Shown: one piece after another, positions 37,556 to 49,802 of the stretch
Layout: every line of letters starts with the position of its first letter
Position numbering within the stretch: the stretch's first letter is position 1
NCBI GenBank assembly: GCA_003971905.1
Contig: RSEE01000022.1
Span: forward strand, 310,001 to 374,000
Origin: Moniliella sp. 'wahieum'
Taxonomy: Eukaryota
Reading direction: 5' to 3'
Length of the DNA stretch: 64,000 nt
Translations under genes and position numbers: made by a program
Notes under the pieces: model-generated
The model's database searches: none
Seen by the model: only the letters and a program-made list of their open reading frames with translations
Told to the model about the DNA's origin: nothing

Positions 37556-38317
37556 ACCCCCGGTCTCGCTGGGCCTTATATCTAGGACCCCCCAAAATGG
37601 CCGGCTGGAAGTCTTCTTTTACCTTTCTACTATTTGAATTCATATGCGAAAGCGTTTCGATCCGATTGCTCTTATGTCGAAGTAAACGATAATGGACATT
37701 CGTGCCACTCCCCTACTAATCGCCGAAGTGGTGAACGTCGAAACTCGGAAGAGAACGAGTGAGATCAATTGCCGAGCGACTGCGTCCTGGCGCATTTCCA
37801 GTGTCTTGTGCCTTGAAGCATTCGCGAGTTGGTTGTGAACGCTGTCAATCTGTCACAGGGCATGTCACATGTCACATGTCAACAGGCATCCTGCCCCTGG
37901 CCACTGCCCGTTTTACAGCAACCATACGGTGGTGTCTGATGGTGGCTTGGGTTCAGTGGCATCCAGCACAACTCAAATGATCTCGTTGCCATCGTAAAAG
38001 GAAACCGTTTTCCTCGTTTACTTCTGTCCCCCCCTACCTTTTCCTCTCACAACAGGTACAGGTAATGCGTAATGCGATGAATGGATTTGGAGTAAGGTTT
38101 GGCCATTGTCAAGATGCTGTGAGGCCTGAGGCCTGGGGTAGCCCACATCAAAAAAGCTTGTCGTAGTTGTAAGAATAGGAAGACACACGCATTCATACTA
38201 GTACTTAGGGTAGCCACCGAGTCAAAGGTATAGACTCGTACGGAGCTGGGAGACATTCGATATATGCAGCAGCCAGGAATCCTGAATCCGATGGGTGAGA
38301 CAACGTGGACAATGCAG

Positions 38318-39503
38318 TTACGCCTTGTAGAAGCTCTCACTAACGTTGGGGGATTAGTATCTGTTCACCAAAAAAGCACAAGTGAGGGGGGGGGAACGGC
38401 ACGTACAGTTCTTCCACGTCCTCCTTGGATCCGAGGAAAATGCCGGTGCGGGAGTGAATGCCATCTGGCTGGATGTCCAGTACCCTCATTGTACCCGTCG
38501 TGGCCTTGCCACCCGCCTGAAACCAACCAAGTCAGTGACAATCCCCATGAAGCAAAAACAAAAAAAAAAAACAAAGACACAGAGCGCAGAGGGGCACGAC
38601 GTACCTGCTCGACCAAAAGCGACATGGGGAAGGCTTCATAGAGAATCCGCAGCTTGCCCGTCTTGCTCTTGCTATCGGCGGGGTATCCGAAAATGCCGCC
38701 ATAGAGCAAGGTGCGGTGCACGTCGGCAACCATGGAGCCAATGTAGCGTGCCGAGTAAGGCTTGCGGCCATCCTTGGGGTACTTGACGTGCTCCAGGTAC
38801 TTGAGCGTGGGCTGGTCATAGTAGGCAGAGTTTCCCTCGTTGATAGAGTAAATCTTGCCCCGCGAAGGGATTTGAATGTTGGGGTGGGTGAGGATGAACT
38901 CGCCCAAGGCATTGTCCAACGTGAATCCATTGACACCCTTGCCTGTTGTCAGCACCAAATTGGCCGAGGAGCCGTACATGCAGTAGCCTGCAGCGACCAT
39001 CTCGTTGCCCGGGCGCAGGACATCGGAGAGGGTGCCCTCGCTGTTGGGCTTGACCGCATAGATGCCAAAGATGGTGCCAATGTTGACACCAGCGTCAATG
39101 TTGGAACTGCCGTCAAGGGGGTCAACACGACACAGTACCGCCCCACCGTGGCCTTGGGTGAGTCTTTGACAAAGATGGCCTGCTCCAGCTCTTCCGACAC
39201 GAGCACCGCAGTCTTGCCACTGGCACGGAGTGCGTTGATCATAATCTCGTTGCTGAGCACGTCCAATTTCTTCTGGTCCTCCCCCTGCACATTCTCAGCG
39301 CCGGCAAGACCAACCAGGTTGATCAAGCTGGCCTTGCGCACATTGGACTCGATAAACTTGCACGTGGTTTGGAGCGCGGTGAGGAGGATGGTCAGGTCGC
39401 CCGATACATCCTCGTTGGCCATCCGCGCCTCAATTTCCGACTGGAGCACCCAGCGTGTGAGGGTGATGAGGTCGGTCTCGGGGGGGAAGTAGTCGGCGGT
39501 CAT
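38318..39503 (-). CDS. FBP1: Fructose-1,6-bisphosphatase class I, with two introns near the 3' end (~38514-38604 and ~38341-38406)
   Basis: [79 protein letters not shown]. Confidence 0.95.
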
Positions 39504-41356
39504 GACAGGCAGGCAGAAGAAGGCAAGCAGAGGGGGAAGAGGGGAGGATGGGGGGGAGAGGGAAGAAGGAGGAAAGACGGTCCAAGCGACCCGAGAAGCG
39601 TCGGCTCTTTTAAAGCACCGCCGCTGCCACCTGCCACCATACCGGCAACTCAAGCCATTCACGCCCAGGCCACCGCGGGAGTGTGTCGCCACCAGCCGCC
39701 TTGTTTGTGGCCGCTCAGCTGAGCGCTCAACGCGGCTTGCAGCTTGAAGCATGACTCGTTGGCCGCAGAAGCGGGGAAACGCGGGGTGTGGGGAAGGCAC
39801 AGCGCCAGTATCCGCGTCTCGGCTCCATGCGGTCCGATCGGGGCGGCGACAGTGGCGCCGGGCGGGCACCCGAGGTGCTTGCGGCAGTGGTGAGGAGTGC
39901 TGAGCCGACGCGGTGCCCGAGCGCGGGGTCACACTGGCCCCCTGCCTGCGGCCCTGGCGATGCAGGGTGCTGTCCAAGGCGCGGCGCGTGCATGCGGAGC
40001 TGGATCCTGGGGAGCAGCCGGGGGGCAGCATGGGGCAGCCGAAGGGACGCCCCCCCTGCAGCTGGCAGGCCCCCAGCCTCCCCCCGCATGCAGCACCTGC
40101 CGCACCGCGCATGGCCTGCGTGGCCACGGCATGGCCACTGCCTGGCCCCTGCATGCCCCCGCACCAGGCGCGTGCCTGGTGCATCCGGGACGCTCCGGGC
40201 GCCGCATCGTACCGCCCTCCCGCCCCATCGCACTGGGCCATGCACATCCAATATCCACGCTCCAAACTCCAAGCTAGGTTCAAGCCGCCCGCCACCCGCC
40301 GCCCGCCGCGCAGACACTGCCCGAGACACATACCGCCGCACGAAGCACAGCGCGGCATGCTGCGCAACCTACTTGATTCATGATTAATCATCAAAATCAT
40401 CCGCCAGCATCTCCTGCCCTGGGCAATGTGCTTTTGGCCCCGCACCCACACCTCCAGCTGCTGAGCCTGAAGCTTACTTGACCATGTCTCGTCGCGTACC
40501 TGCGTCCATATCGCGAAACGGGGAAAGCTTATTGGAGCGATACGAAGAGCCAAAGTTAGTTGCGAGGACGACTGCAATCCACAAAACGGGTTTTGTTTGG
40601 GAGGCAAAGAATAGGGGAAGAAAAGGTGTGCTCGCGTAGGGGTATAGAGACAGCCATTGGTTCCGAGGATATTGTGTTGCATCCACGTTTCCCTCGTTCT
40701 TGTCCATGGATCATAATTGCCGAGATGAGGTTTGCCGTGTGCGAGATGAGGAAGGTGGGGAGAGGCGGGTAGGCCATCAGAAGCAATCGCGTTTGCTTGA
40801 GTGTGGGTACACCAACCCATCATTAGTCGGCAAAAGGGGCCCGCTTCACTTTTTTGAGTGTAAGGGACTCAAGTCGCTATGGCATAGTCGAGTGATGCCT
40901 ACTAACTCGAGGAATTCGAGCAAATACCGAAACATTATGTCCCCACATGGACTATACCTCTCGGTTCCGATGCAAACTATCATTAAGGAATGACTCATTT
41001 GGATGTTCCAGAACAAGACAAAACGCCCCCCCCAACCCGCCTCTTACCGACAGGCCTTCTAATACCACTGCCTCATCCCGGGGTATCGAGCATGGCGTAT
41101 GGCATCGAAGGGTGGGATGCAATGGCAGTTGAGTTTTGCGTGATGCGTAGATGATGATGCGTAGATGATTGGATAACAGGGAGGGGCAAGCACAGGGAAG
41201 AATGCGGGTGGGAGAGAGGGTGGGGGTGAAGGTTGAACTGTGGGCACTGTTTAAAGCAAGAAGTGCAATGGGCAATGCAGTGTGGGACAGCCACCCGCGA
41301 GCTGCAGTCCAACATCGTGAATGATAAGAAGGAGAGGGGATAAACGAGGGAACACA

Positions 41357-43433
41357 TTATAGTTGCAGCAACGGCATGTCCCCCACATGCTGCACCACAT
41401 CCTTCCACATTTTCCATTTTGCCTGTTCTTCCGAGGAGAATTGCTGCCACTTGGCGAGCCAGCTGGTGATGCGGGTTCGGTATTGCTCGACATCCTGCGC
41501 ACGTACCTGTCGTACCGCCACCTTGGCTTCCGCCGGATGAGGCGAACGGTCGAGTAACAACAGTCCCGCCAATGCCAGCACATACAACCCGCAATCCGAT
41601 TCGTTTTCCTGCGGCTCCAACTCGTCCGCCTCTTCCAACGGAGACAGCCCGTGCTTCGCAGTGGGGCAAAAGCACGTGCACCACCGCTCCCACACGCGCC
41701 AGGCACTCTCCCGGTTGGTGGGAACCATGGAATCGTAGTGCCGTGCCTTAGTCTTCTTGCCCGTATCCGCGCCTGTGATGACAATCAGCGACCAGTGCGA
41801 GCCGCCCTCGGCCTCGAGTGCCGGCAAAGACTCTGACGAGTAGCCATCGTTGACAGGAAGCATGACAATGGGCTTGAGGGGTGGGAAGAGGGCGCGCGCT
41901 TGGTCCGGTGGCGTGCCTGCAAATCCCAGCAATGGAGAGAGCCCACAGAATAAGAGAAGGAAGAAGAAGAAGAAAGAAGAAGAAGAATGAAAGAAGAACA
42001 TGTCAGAACATCAATCTTGTTAGCCAAGTCAAGATCACATACCTTCCGGCAACGCCGACATGAGCTCCACCACACTGGGAGGCCAGAGAGATGCCGAGCA
42101 GGTGCCCTGGTCTAGAATTTGGGCCTCGATCAGCTCAAACCAAAAGGCCAGCACATTGTCCGAGAGCCACTCATTGGGACCGAGCGTAAAAAGATCATAC
42201 TCTTTCAGACTACCCGAGCGGAAGGTAGCCACGGCATTATTGCCAATGGCTGGATCAGGCGGCTGCACCGGGGAGGCTGGTTCCTGGGGTGGAGGCGCAG
42301 ATGGGAGCGTGCTGGCATCTTGCTCCTTCGGGGAAGAGGTGGTTGCTTCAGCTTCCATTTCCGCCGAGGAGGACAGCGAATGGTTCTGGGGATTACTGTT
42401 CGCCGTCTGGACAACCATCTGCCCTGAAGCAGAACCAGAAGGGGTGGCGGTATCATCACTACCAACGGGATTAACATGGGTGGGAGAGATGGGGGCAGGA
42501 CCAGGAGGAGTTGCGGGCGTAGTTGCTGGTACTGATTCCGTACGCGACGGTTCCTCTTCCTCGGGCCAAGCGCGAAGGGTAGACTGCCCCCCGTGAGCCG
42601 AAGAGGGCGGAGGCAGCGCATGAGACGTATCGGTACTACCGCTGGTGCCATCGGGCGTGGCAGATGCGGCGGACTCGGGGCTGCCCCTTGAGCCGGCATG
42701 GGCGTCTTCGACTGCTCCATGCGTCCCGGAGGACGAAGGGCGGGCGGCAGAGGAGGGGGTAGGGCCTTAGCATCAGACCCGCGGGATGATACGGCCCAGC
42801 TGGGGCGGTGCTGGGTCGCAAACGTCCCAGCCGCTTGCGCCCTGCCTCCTTGGGGCTGTCACTGCCACCACTGCCAAACGTCCGGGATAGATGGCCGCCC
42901 ACATGACCAACAAGCGCGGACAAAGACACGTCCCGCCGTGTATCGGGAGAAGGGGTGCGTCGGAGAGAGCCAAACGAGCCACTGCGCCCGCCCGATTTTT
43001 GGAGCCCATGGCCTCGGACGGTGAAAGGCGGGACGCACTGGGGCTGGTACTTGCACGGGCGAGGGAGGGAGGGGGGCGTGAGAGTTGGGTTTGGTGGAAT
43101 GCATGGGCGTGGGTGCATGGCCATTAAGAGGAGTGACTGCATCGGTACCAGAACTGAGGCTTGCAGTGCCCATAGAAGCTGTGGTGGGGGCAGGCGGCGC
43201 TGAAGCAAGCGCAGGAGCCCGGGCTGGAATAGGGGCATGGGCAGAGGCCGTGGGAGGGGACGGAACAGAGGCAGGTTCCGGGGGGAGGTAGGCAAGGCGG
43301 ATTTAGGAGCAGGAGATGGCGATGCGGATGGCGGCGCGGATGGCGGGCTAGAAGGCGATGGCGATGGCGACGGCGATGGCGTGTCCCGGTGTGGGTTGAG
43401 CCTGTCGGCCAGGCCGCGAAGGAGGCCCGCCAT
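41357..43433 (-). CDS. Ulp1-family (C48) cysteine protease, NEDD8-specific SENP8/NEDP1-like, with a long low-complexity N-terminus and one intron (~41930-42042)
   Basis: LGPNEWLSDNVLAFWFE, MLPVND..GGSHWSLIV, HYDSM, PQENESDCGLYV. Confidence 0.8.
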
Positions 43434-43689
43434 TTTGGTGGATGCGACGGCAGGGACTTGGCCTGAGGCGGCAACACCTGGTGGGCTGAAGGGGAAGGCG
43501 ATGCGTTCCCTGGATGAGTTGCGCGCGCTACCAGCTGCTTGCGGCGGGCTTGGAGAGACGGTGGTAGACCAAAGGAGAAATTGGGCGCATGGGTTTGGGT
43601 TTGTGCACGATGGCCCAATTATAGGTGTACCTGTTCGCGTTGCCGACGGAGTGATGGCATCGGTGACGGGGAGAAGTCACATGTCACCT

Positions 43690-45196
43690 TGTTGGCCTAG
43701 GGAGCCGGACGGGCAGAAGGATGAGGAGAAGGTGATGGATTGGAGCCAGAGTTGGGTCTGGGTACAGAGGCATCTATATAGGAGGCTGGACTAGGCACAG
43801 GGACAGTGAGTCACACAGGAGAGAGTGCAGGGCACAGGGACAGTGACACGCAGGGACGTCAGCGTGGAAGCCGATGGAACCGAGGCGAACCTGGTCTACC
43901 GACTGGGAGCCAGAGGATCACAGTCAACACCCCCGCTGGCCAGGGAACCCGGAGACATCGGTTGGGATGAGCTCCTGCCAGTGGATGTAGAGAGGGGAGG
44001 ACTTGAGTGGCAACCGGGACGAATGGCCTGGAGTTGTGCATGGCCACACGACTGGCCTACACCCCCGCTGTCCAGGATGACACCTGAACGAGCCGAGCGC
44101 TTGTGGTTGGTGTATTGTGCGACCGCCAGATGCTTGTAGAAGTCTTAGAAGTAAAAGTAGTAGGGGTTGCGCCCCGAAGCGATTTGGTGGGCAAAAGTAA
44201 AAAAGCACCAGTATAGGTGTAGTGAAAGAAATTGGAAACTTGGAGTAAATGCGGTCCAAGGTCGTTTGGCATCAAAATTGGATGCGTTTGGTAGTGTTTG
44301 GTTCCGCATGCCTGGTGCCAGTGGGGGTCCATTGGGCATGGGAAATGAACGGGCGCTATGCGTCAACCGTTGATCTGTTGGGTTCTCTTTGTTGTTGAAA
44401 AAGAGGAGTGGAAGAAGTGGGTGACCACCCCCCCCCATCCTTTCCCCAGGTGCCCCGGATGAATTGGCAATCCGGGGCGTGTAGTGTAGCCGTGGGTGGG
44501 GCACTTGATGAGCAGCCACCCCGCTTTCTGCGATTCGCCTGCGCCGTTTTGTCGTTGGAGGAATTTCGTCTCGTTGACGATACCCGACACGTTTTGTTCC
44601 GTCGTGGTTGTCCCTAAAAATCATGCCCCATCTGTGGGGGACGAGTGTGCCGATTGTGGCGGTAGTATGCCGATTGTGGCGGTAGTATGCCGATTGTGGC
44701 GGTAAGGTGCCGATTGTGGCGGTGGGTGTTGTTGGGCGGGAGGACGGGTGTGTCTTGTGGGGCTTGGCGGCTTAGCTTGGGCTTGTAGGCTTGGGGGTGG
44801 CTTGCTGAAGAGCGCTCCCCTTCCGGGGGGATCAGATTGTGTTGTTGGCGGGAGGAGGACGGGTGTGTCTTGTGGGCTTGGCGGCTTAGCTTGGGCTTGT
44901 AGGCTTGGGGGTGGGGTGCTTGAAGAGCGCTCCCCTTCCGGGGGATCAGATTGTAACTCTGTTGGCCTAGGGAGCCGGACGGGCAGAAGGATGAGGAGAA
45001 GGTGATGGATTGGAGCCGAGTTGGGTCTGGGTACAGAGGCATCTAATAGGAGGCTGGACTAGGCACAGGGACAGTGAGTCACACAGGAGAGAGTGCAGGG
45101 CACAGGGGACAGTGACACGCAGGACGTCAGCGTGGAAGCCGATGGAACGAGGCGAACCTGGTCTACCGACTGGGAGCCAGAGGATCACAGTCAACA
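43690..45196 (-). mobile_element. Non-autonomous LTR retroelement (TRIM-like), 1507 bp, with 4-bp TSD ACCT
   Basis: Near-identical direct repeats 43690-43929 and 44960-45196, each TGTTG..CAACA. ACCT at 43686-43689 and 45197-45200. Purine-rich AGCGGGGG on the minus strand abuts the left LTR (PPT-like). No intact internal ORF. Confidence 0.9.
44648..44954. repeat. Internal tandem repeats of the LTR element: four copies of a 20-bp unit (TGCCGATTGTGGCGGTAGTA, 44648-44723) and two copies of a ~114-bp unit (~44727-44954)
   Basis: Read directly from the sequence. Confidence 0.9.
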
Positions 45197-45349
45197 ACCT
45201 GGTCACCCGGGTGGGACAATAGACTGCTATGGGCGCAGCGGCTGAGACCCGCATACCAGGGAATACGCTGGCCGCCACGGAGATCCTGAGAGCGGCGGAA
45301 CGGCCCGTCCCTGGTCAGCATGTCAGGTAACTTGACCTCAGGTCCTCAG

Positions 45350-45431
45350 GCTTCAAGAGCTTCAAGCTTCAAGCTTCAAGCTTCAAGCTCAAGCTTCAAG
45401 CTCAAGCTTCAAGCTTCAAGCTTCAAGTTCA
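45350..45431. repeat. (GCTTCAA)n heptamer tandem array, about 11 units
   Basis: Read directly. TCA-AGCT periodicity, with occasional 6-bp units. Confidence 0.95.
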
Positions 45432-46190
45432 GTCGCAAGTTCAGGGCCATGTCATGCGTACGCCCACGTGGCGTTTCGTTCTTCGTGTCCGGTCACCGGT
45501 GACCTCACCCCTGTGTGCCGTTCTCTGTACTGCTTCCGCTCCTTCTCCCGCGCCGCCATCCCCATTTGGGCAGCGCCCGCCCATCATGTGTTCAAGCGTT
45601 GACTTTTGCGACCAGACTGCAGCTCAGTACGGATTCCGGACGCTGAATCATTCAGCGACACGCAGTTGTACACTGGCCCCACGTCGCCAGTACTCAACTC
45701 GGTTCCTAGTTAACTGAGTGGCTCAGCAGTGAGGCTCACTAGCACTCCGTGCCTCAGTTACTCAGACTCGGCCTGGGTACTTGGCCAGCACACGGCGCTG
45801 CTGAGCCTGAGCGCTCGCTCAGCGAGCCACTCTTGGGCCTTCGGGCGATCTTCGTCCCCCACTCGCGCAGTGCTGAGGCTGGCTTCCATTGCCAGCAGCC
45901 CAGATGCCCCCCTGGCCCATCGGGAGGGGGCAGTGCTAGCTCATATGACGTCATCGCCCCTGTACGTTCTCCGGTCAGAGTTCAACGTTCAAAATACGTC
46001 ACGTGATCTGCCTTTGGGCCTACCAACAAGTCCCCATCCAGCCTCCTTTGCCCGGCCGCATCCGCCTCGGCAGTCGTGCACCGCCCCCACTCTGCCGCGC
46101 CTCCCCGCGTACTGCTTCCCACTTGGCACGCGCCGCCTCGCCGCGCGGCCTGCTTGTTCTGCCCCGCCGCTGCTTGACCCGACCCCTGCC

Positions 46191-47353
46191 ATGGCGTCTC
46201 CTCGGCCTGCCCCGCCGCCGGGCCTGCCGCCCATGATCGAAATTGGCTCCAACTTGCTGGACTCTATGTTCCAGGGACGTTTACAACAGCAAGCAGGCTC
46301 ACGACCCTGACCTGCTCGATGTGCTCCACCGAGCCCGCCAGGCCGGTGTGGTCCAAAGATTGTCACCGCGGCTCCCCGACGAGGCCAACCAGGCCATGAC
46401 CCTCGTCGCTGCTCATGGTACGTGTGTGGCCCTTGTTCGCTGTGCCTGCCCCCCCAAGATTTCCTCCACACGGCGTACTGACTCCCCGTGTTCTTGCAGA
46501 TGACCTATTCTGTACCGCAGGCTGCCATCCGACACGGGCCCGTGAGATGATGCAATTCCCCCAGGGTGCAGCCGCCTATGTCGGGCAGCTGCGGTCCTTG
46601 TTGGACCTGTATTCGTCCCGCGCGTCTAGCACGGGAAAGATTGTGGCGGTAGGGGAAGTGGGCTGGACTATGACCGTCTTCACTTTAGTTCGGTCGAGGA
46701 GCAGAAGCAGGCATTTGAAGCGCAGTTGATCTTGGCCGAGCAAGCCCGTCTTCCTCTCTTTCTTCATTCCCGCGCCGCCCATACCGACCTGGTCGCGCTT
46801 CTGCGCCCACACTTGGAAGCACTTCAGCAAGCCATCGGCGGCCCCGTTGGCGTGGTGCATTCCTTTACGGGTACGGTAGAGGAAATGGAGGAATTGGTCG
46901 GACTCGGACTGTACATTGGCTTGAACGGCTGCAGTCTCAAGACGGACGAAAACCTAAAGGTGGCACGTGCGGTCCCCCTGGACCGGCTCATGCTCGAAAC
47001 CGATGCACCATGGTGCGAGCTACGACCTACCCATGCCTCCGCCACAGTGCTGGCTCCTTTCAAGGCCAAGTTTGCCGCCCCTGCCAAGCCGCAGGGCAAA
47101 AAGGACAAAGCGGCTACACCTGCCTCGCCTGCTGCGGACGCGGCGCCAAACGAAGAGGAAACGGCCATGTACACTGCTTACTTTCCCCGCAGGTCAAGAA
47201 AGAAAGTGGGTGAGCGGGAGCAGTGTGAAGAGCCGGAACGAGCCCTCGGCCATTGGGCAGGTGGCCCTCGTCGTGGCTGGGCTAAAGGGGGTGTCGGTGG
47301 AGGAAGTGGCGCAACAGGCAACCGCCAACACAAGACGTATGTTTGGCCTGTAA
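46191..47353 (+). CDS. TatD-family DNase (TATDN1-like), one intron (~46418-46499); frameshifted
   Basis: IEIGSNLLDSMFQG, TAGCHPT, VAVGEVG, LPLFLHSR, GVVHSFTG, IGLNGCSLKT, LMLETDAPWC, RNEP. Confidence 0.9.
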
Positions 47354-48115
47354 TGCAGAAAAAAGAAACCCAACGATTGGGGAACGATGTGCCCTTGGCA
47401 TGAAAGAGATAGGCGTAACCAGTTTTGAGGGGCAGTCCCACCGTTCCTGCGCGCGCATCCACCCGCGCTTGTAGGATCTCCCTCCATCTTCCACTATTGG
47501 TGTCGTCAGAAGATTAACTCCTGGTGATTTGGACCTGTCGGACACCATCATGCTGTTGATTGTCCCACGAGTATACGCCGCAGAGAATGGAATGGGAGGG
47601 AGGAGACATCGATTCCTACTAATAACTTCATCGTGGCATCGAGTCTTTTATGGCCAGGTCCACTGCTGCGACTAGTACGTACCATCCTTTTCCCGTCGCA
47701 TGAGCCAGTGCCAGTAGGCCGCATGTAGTCCTTAGCACCTAGGGTGAATAAGTACGCACAAGGAGACCACCAGGCCGACAGCCCGGTCAACTGGGGCTTC
47801 GCCCCAGCTTGGTGCTCGGTGCTTGTATGTACGCATTCTGTGCTATGAAGGCACGCTGATTGCCCCATTTCCATTCCTTTCGAGGTTCTGACGGGATGGA
47901 ATCATGGAAATGACGGGGCCCAAACAAAATGACGAGATGCTACAGCCACACTATATGGATCTGGCATGGCGAGAACGCATGGATGTGGTCTCCTCGTTGT
48001 TGCTCCTGTTCACAGCTTCCTATTCTTGAAGCTTGCAAAGGCGTTGGAATCAGATGCGAGGGGTTCTAGAGTACAAAAAGCCCGCGAGAGGACAGATGCA
48101 GTGATGGTGAGGGTG

Positions 48116-49465
48116 TTACGAGCGCCACTGAAGACAAAGCAAAACGGTCAGTCAGTTGCTCCTGCGGTGGCAAATAAGATTGGAACGTACAGAGATGAGT
48201 GGGGCATCCGTCCGGAAGCGCTGGGTGGTGGTCGACTTGCTCAACGGCGTTTCTTGTCCCATCCTGCGAGCCAGGAGCCCTGCATGCGCAATCATGATCC
48301 CATTGTCGATGCAGAACCGCTCATCAGTAGCAAAGACGCTCCTCCTCGCTCCGCGGCCATGGTGCCCATCATTTGTTGCAAACGGGCGTTGGAGCCGACC
48401 CCACCAACGATAGGACCTTTTGGAGCCAACATGGGCCATGGCTCGCTCAGTAATCTCAACCAGCATCGCAAACACGGTCTCTTGCAGTGTAAAGCACAAG
48501 TCAGCGGGTGTAATCACATCCTCCTCCTCCGATGCAAGGACCGCCTCTTGCGTGGCGGAAGGCAGAGACGATTGGGCGTGACCGACGTGACGGCCATCTC
48601 CACTGACGCCTGTCCGTTGGCCAGGGACCCCACTTCGCCCGCCGGTACACGGGCTTGGTTGGGTCGAAAGCGGGCGTCACGCGTGTAACTTTCGGCAGCG
48701 GCCAGAATTCCGCCAAGGGCCAAATCCATCCCTTTGGTAGTGTAGGGAAGAGAGAAAACGCTTCCCGCTACGTGCCTCCAGCTCGATGTTTTGACCCGGA
48801 CTGGGGTCGTTGGAGAGACCAATGACGCGCGCAAACCGGTCCAGGCAATTGCCCACGGCAATGTCGAGCGTTTCGCCAAAAATACGATACCGCTGAGCCG
48901 AATAGGCAATCACTTGGGTGTTGCCCCCGCTGACGTAGAGCACGACGGGATTGCGGGCGCCAGTGATGGTCCGTCCCATTTCAATGTGGCCCACACAATG
49001 GTTACCCCAATGAGCGGCTTGTTGTACAGAAGAGAAAGAGTGCGGGCAATAAAGGAGACAGCCTGCAATGGTGCGCCCATACCAGGGCCTGGAGGCATGG
49101 CGGAGGAGCCAGTCAGTTGGGCGAGTCGGGCGAGGCGGGAGGGGGGAGGGGGACGTACCCTTAGTAAATGCAATGCACTCCACGCTTTCCAGGCCATCGG
49201 GAAGGCCGGACGAATTGACTGCCTCCTGAACGACCTGGAGGATCCAGGCCTTGTGGTGCTTGGCTGTATCGCCCGGTTGGAAGCCGGTGCCCGGTGGGGT
49301 GACATAGGTGTGGCGCACGTTGGACAGCACGTCGACCGAGCCGTCGGGGTTGTGGCGGACAATACCGGCGCCCAGCTTGTTGGCCGAACCCTCGAGCCCG
49401 AGAGCAAAGATGGGGTGGGACAAGGCAGGGAGCGGGTCGACGGCGGCGGCGGCAGTAGCAGCCAT
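48116..49465 (-). CDS. KAE1: tRNA N6-threonylcarbamoyladenosine synthesis protein Kae1/OSGEP, with introns; frameshifted
   Basis: [94 protein letters not shown]. Confidence 0.95.
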
Positions 49466-49802
49466 GGCGCGGCGAGACGGGGGGGCGTAGATCCTCCCAG
49501 CAGATGGATGCAGGGAGGAGGATTGATCAGTGGTCTTTGCTTTTTGAATTGGCGGAATGGCGGAGAAGCGGAATGGCGGCGGGGCGGATCGGGAGTGGCG
49601 CACCAGGCAGTCGGTGGCGTTTGCGAGCTAACGCGCTAACGCGAGGCAGGCCAGGGCAGGTTGGGCCTACCTTAGGCCTTGAGGCAGCCCAGCGACACGC
49701 CGCGCGCGGACCACAAAGAGGAGCGTGACGCGTGACGGTCGATGAGCTAGCCCCAGACGGCTTTGGTGTCCTCCGTCCGCTATCCCCACCACCACCGTCA
49801 AC

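Noticed and set aside
36556..39503. galE plus FBP1 as a sugar-metabolism cluster or bacterial operon remnant
   Set aside because: FBP1 is a normal intron-containing eukaryotic gene in convergent orientation, and no galK or galT is present in the window.
39504..40823. 624-aa ORF suggesting a long N-terminal extension of FBP1
   Set aside because: FBPase homology begins at MTADYF (39503). The upstream translation is low-complexity GC-rich open frame, and a TTTAAAA TATA-like box sits at ~39610.
44470..44515. CPTHG..H..DC zinc-knuckle-like gag relic inside the LTR element
   Set aside because: It needs a frameshift and is too short to support a call without a profile search.
44648..44723. Regular 20-bp repeats resembling a mini CRISPR array
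   Set aside because: The units are head-to-tail with no unique spacers, lie inside an LTR element, and no cas genes are present in this eukaryotic context.
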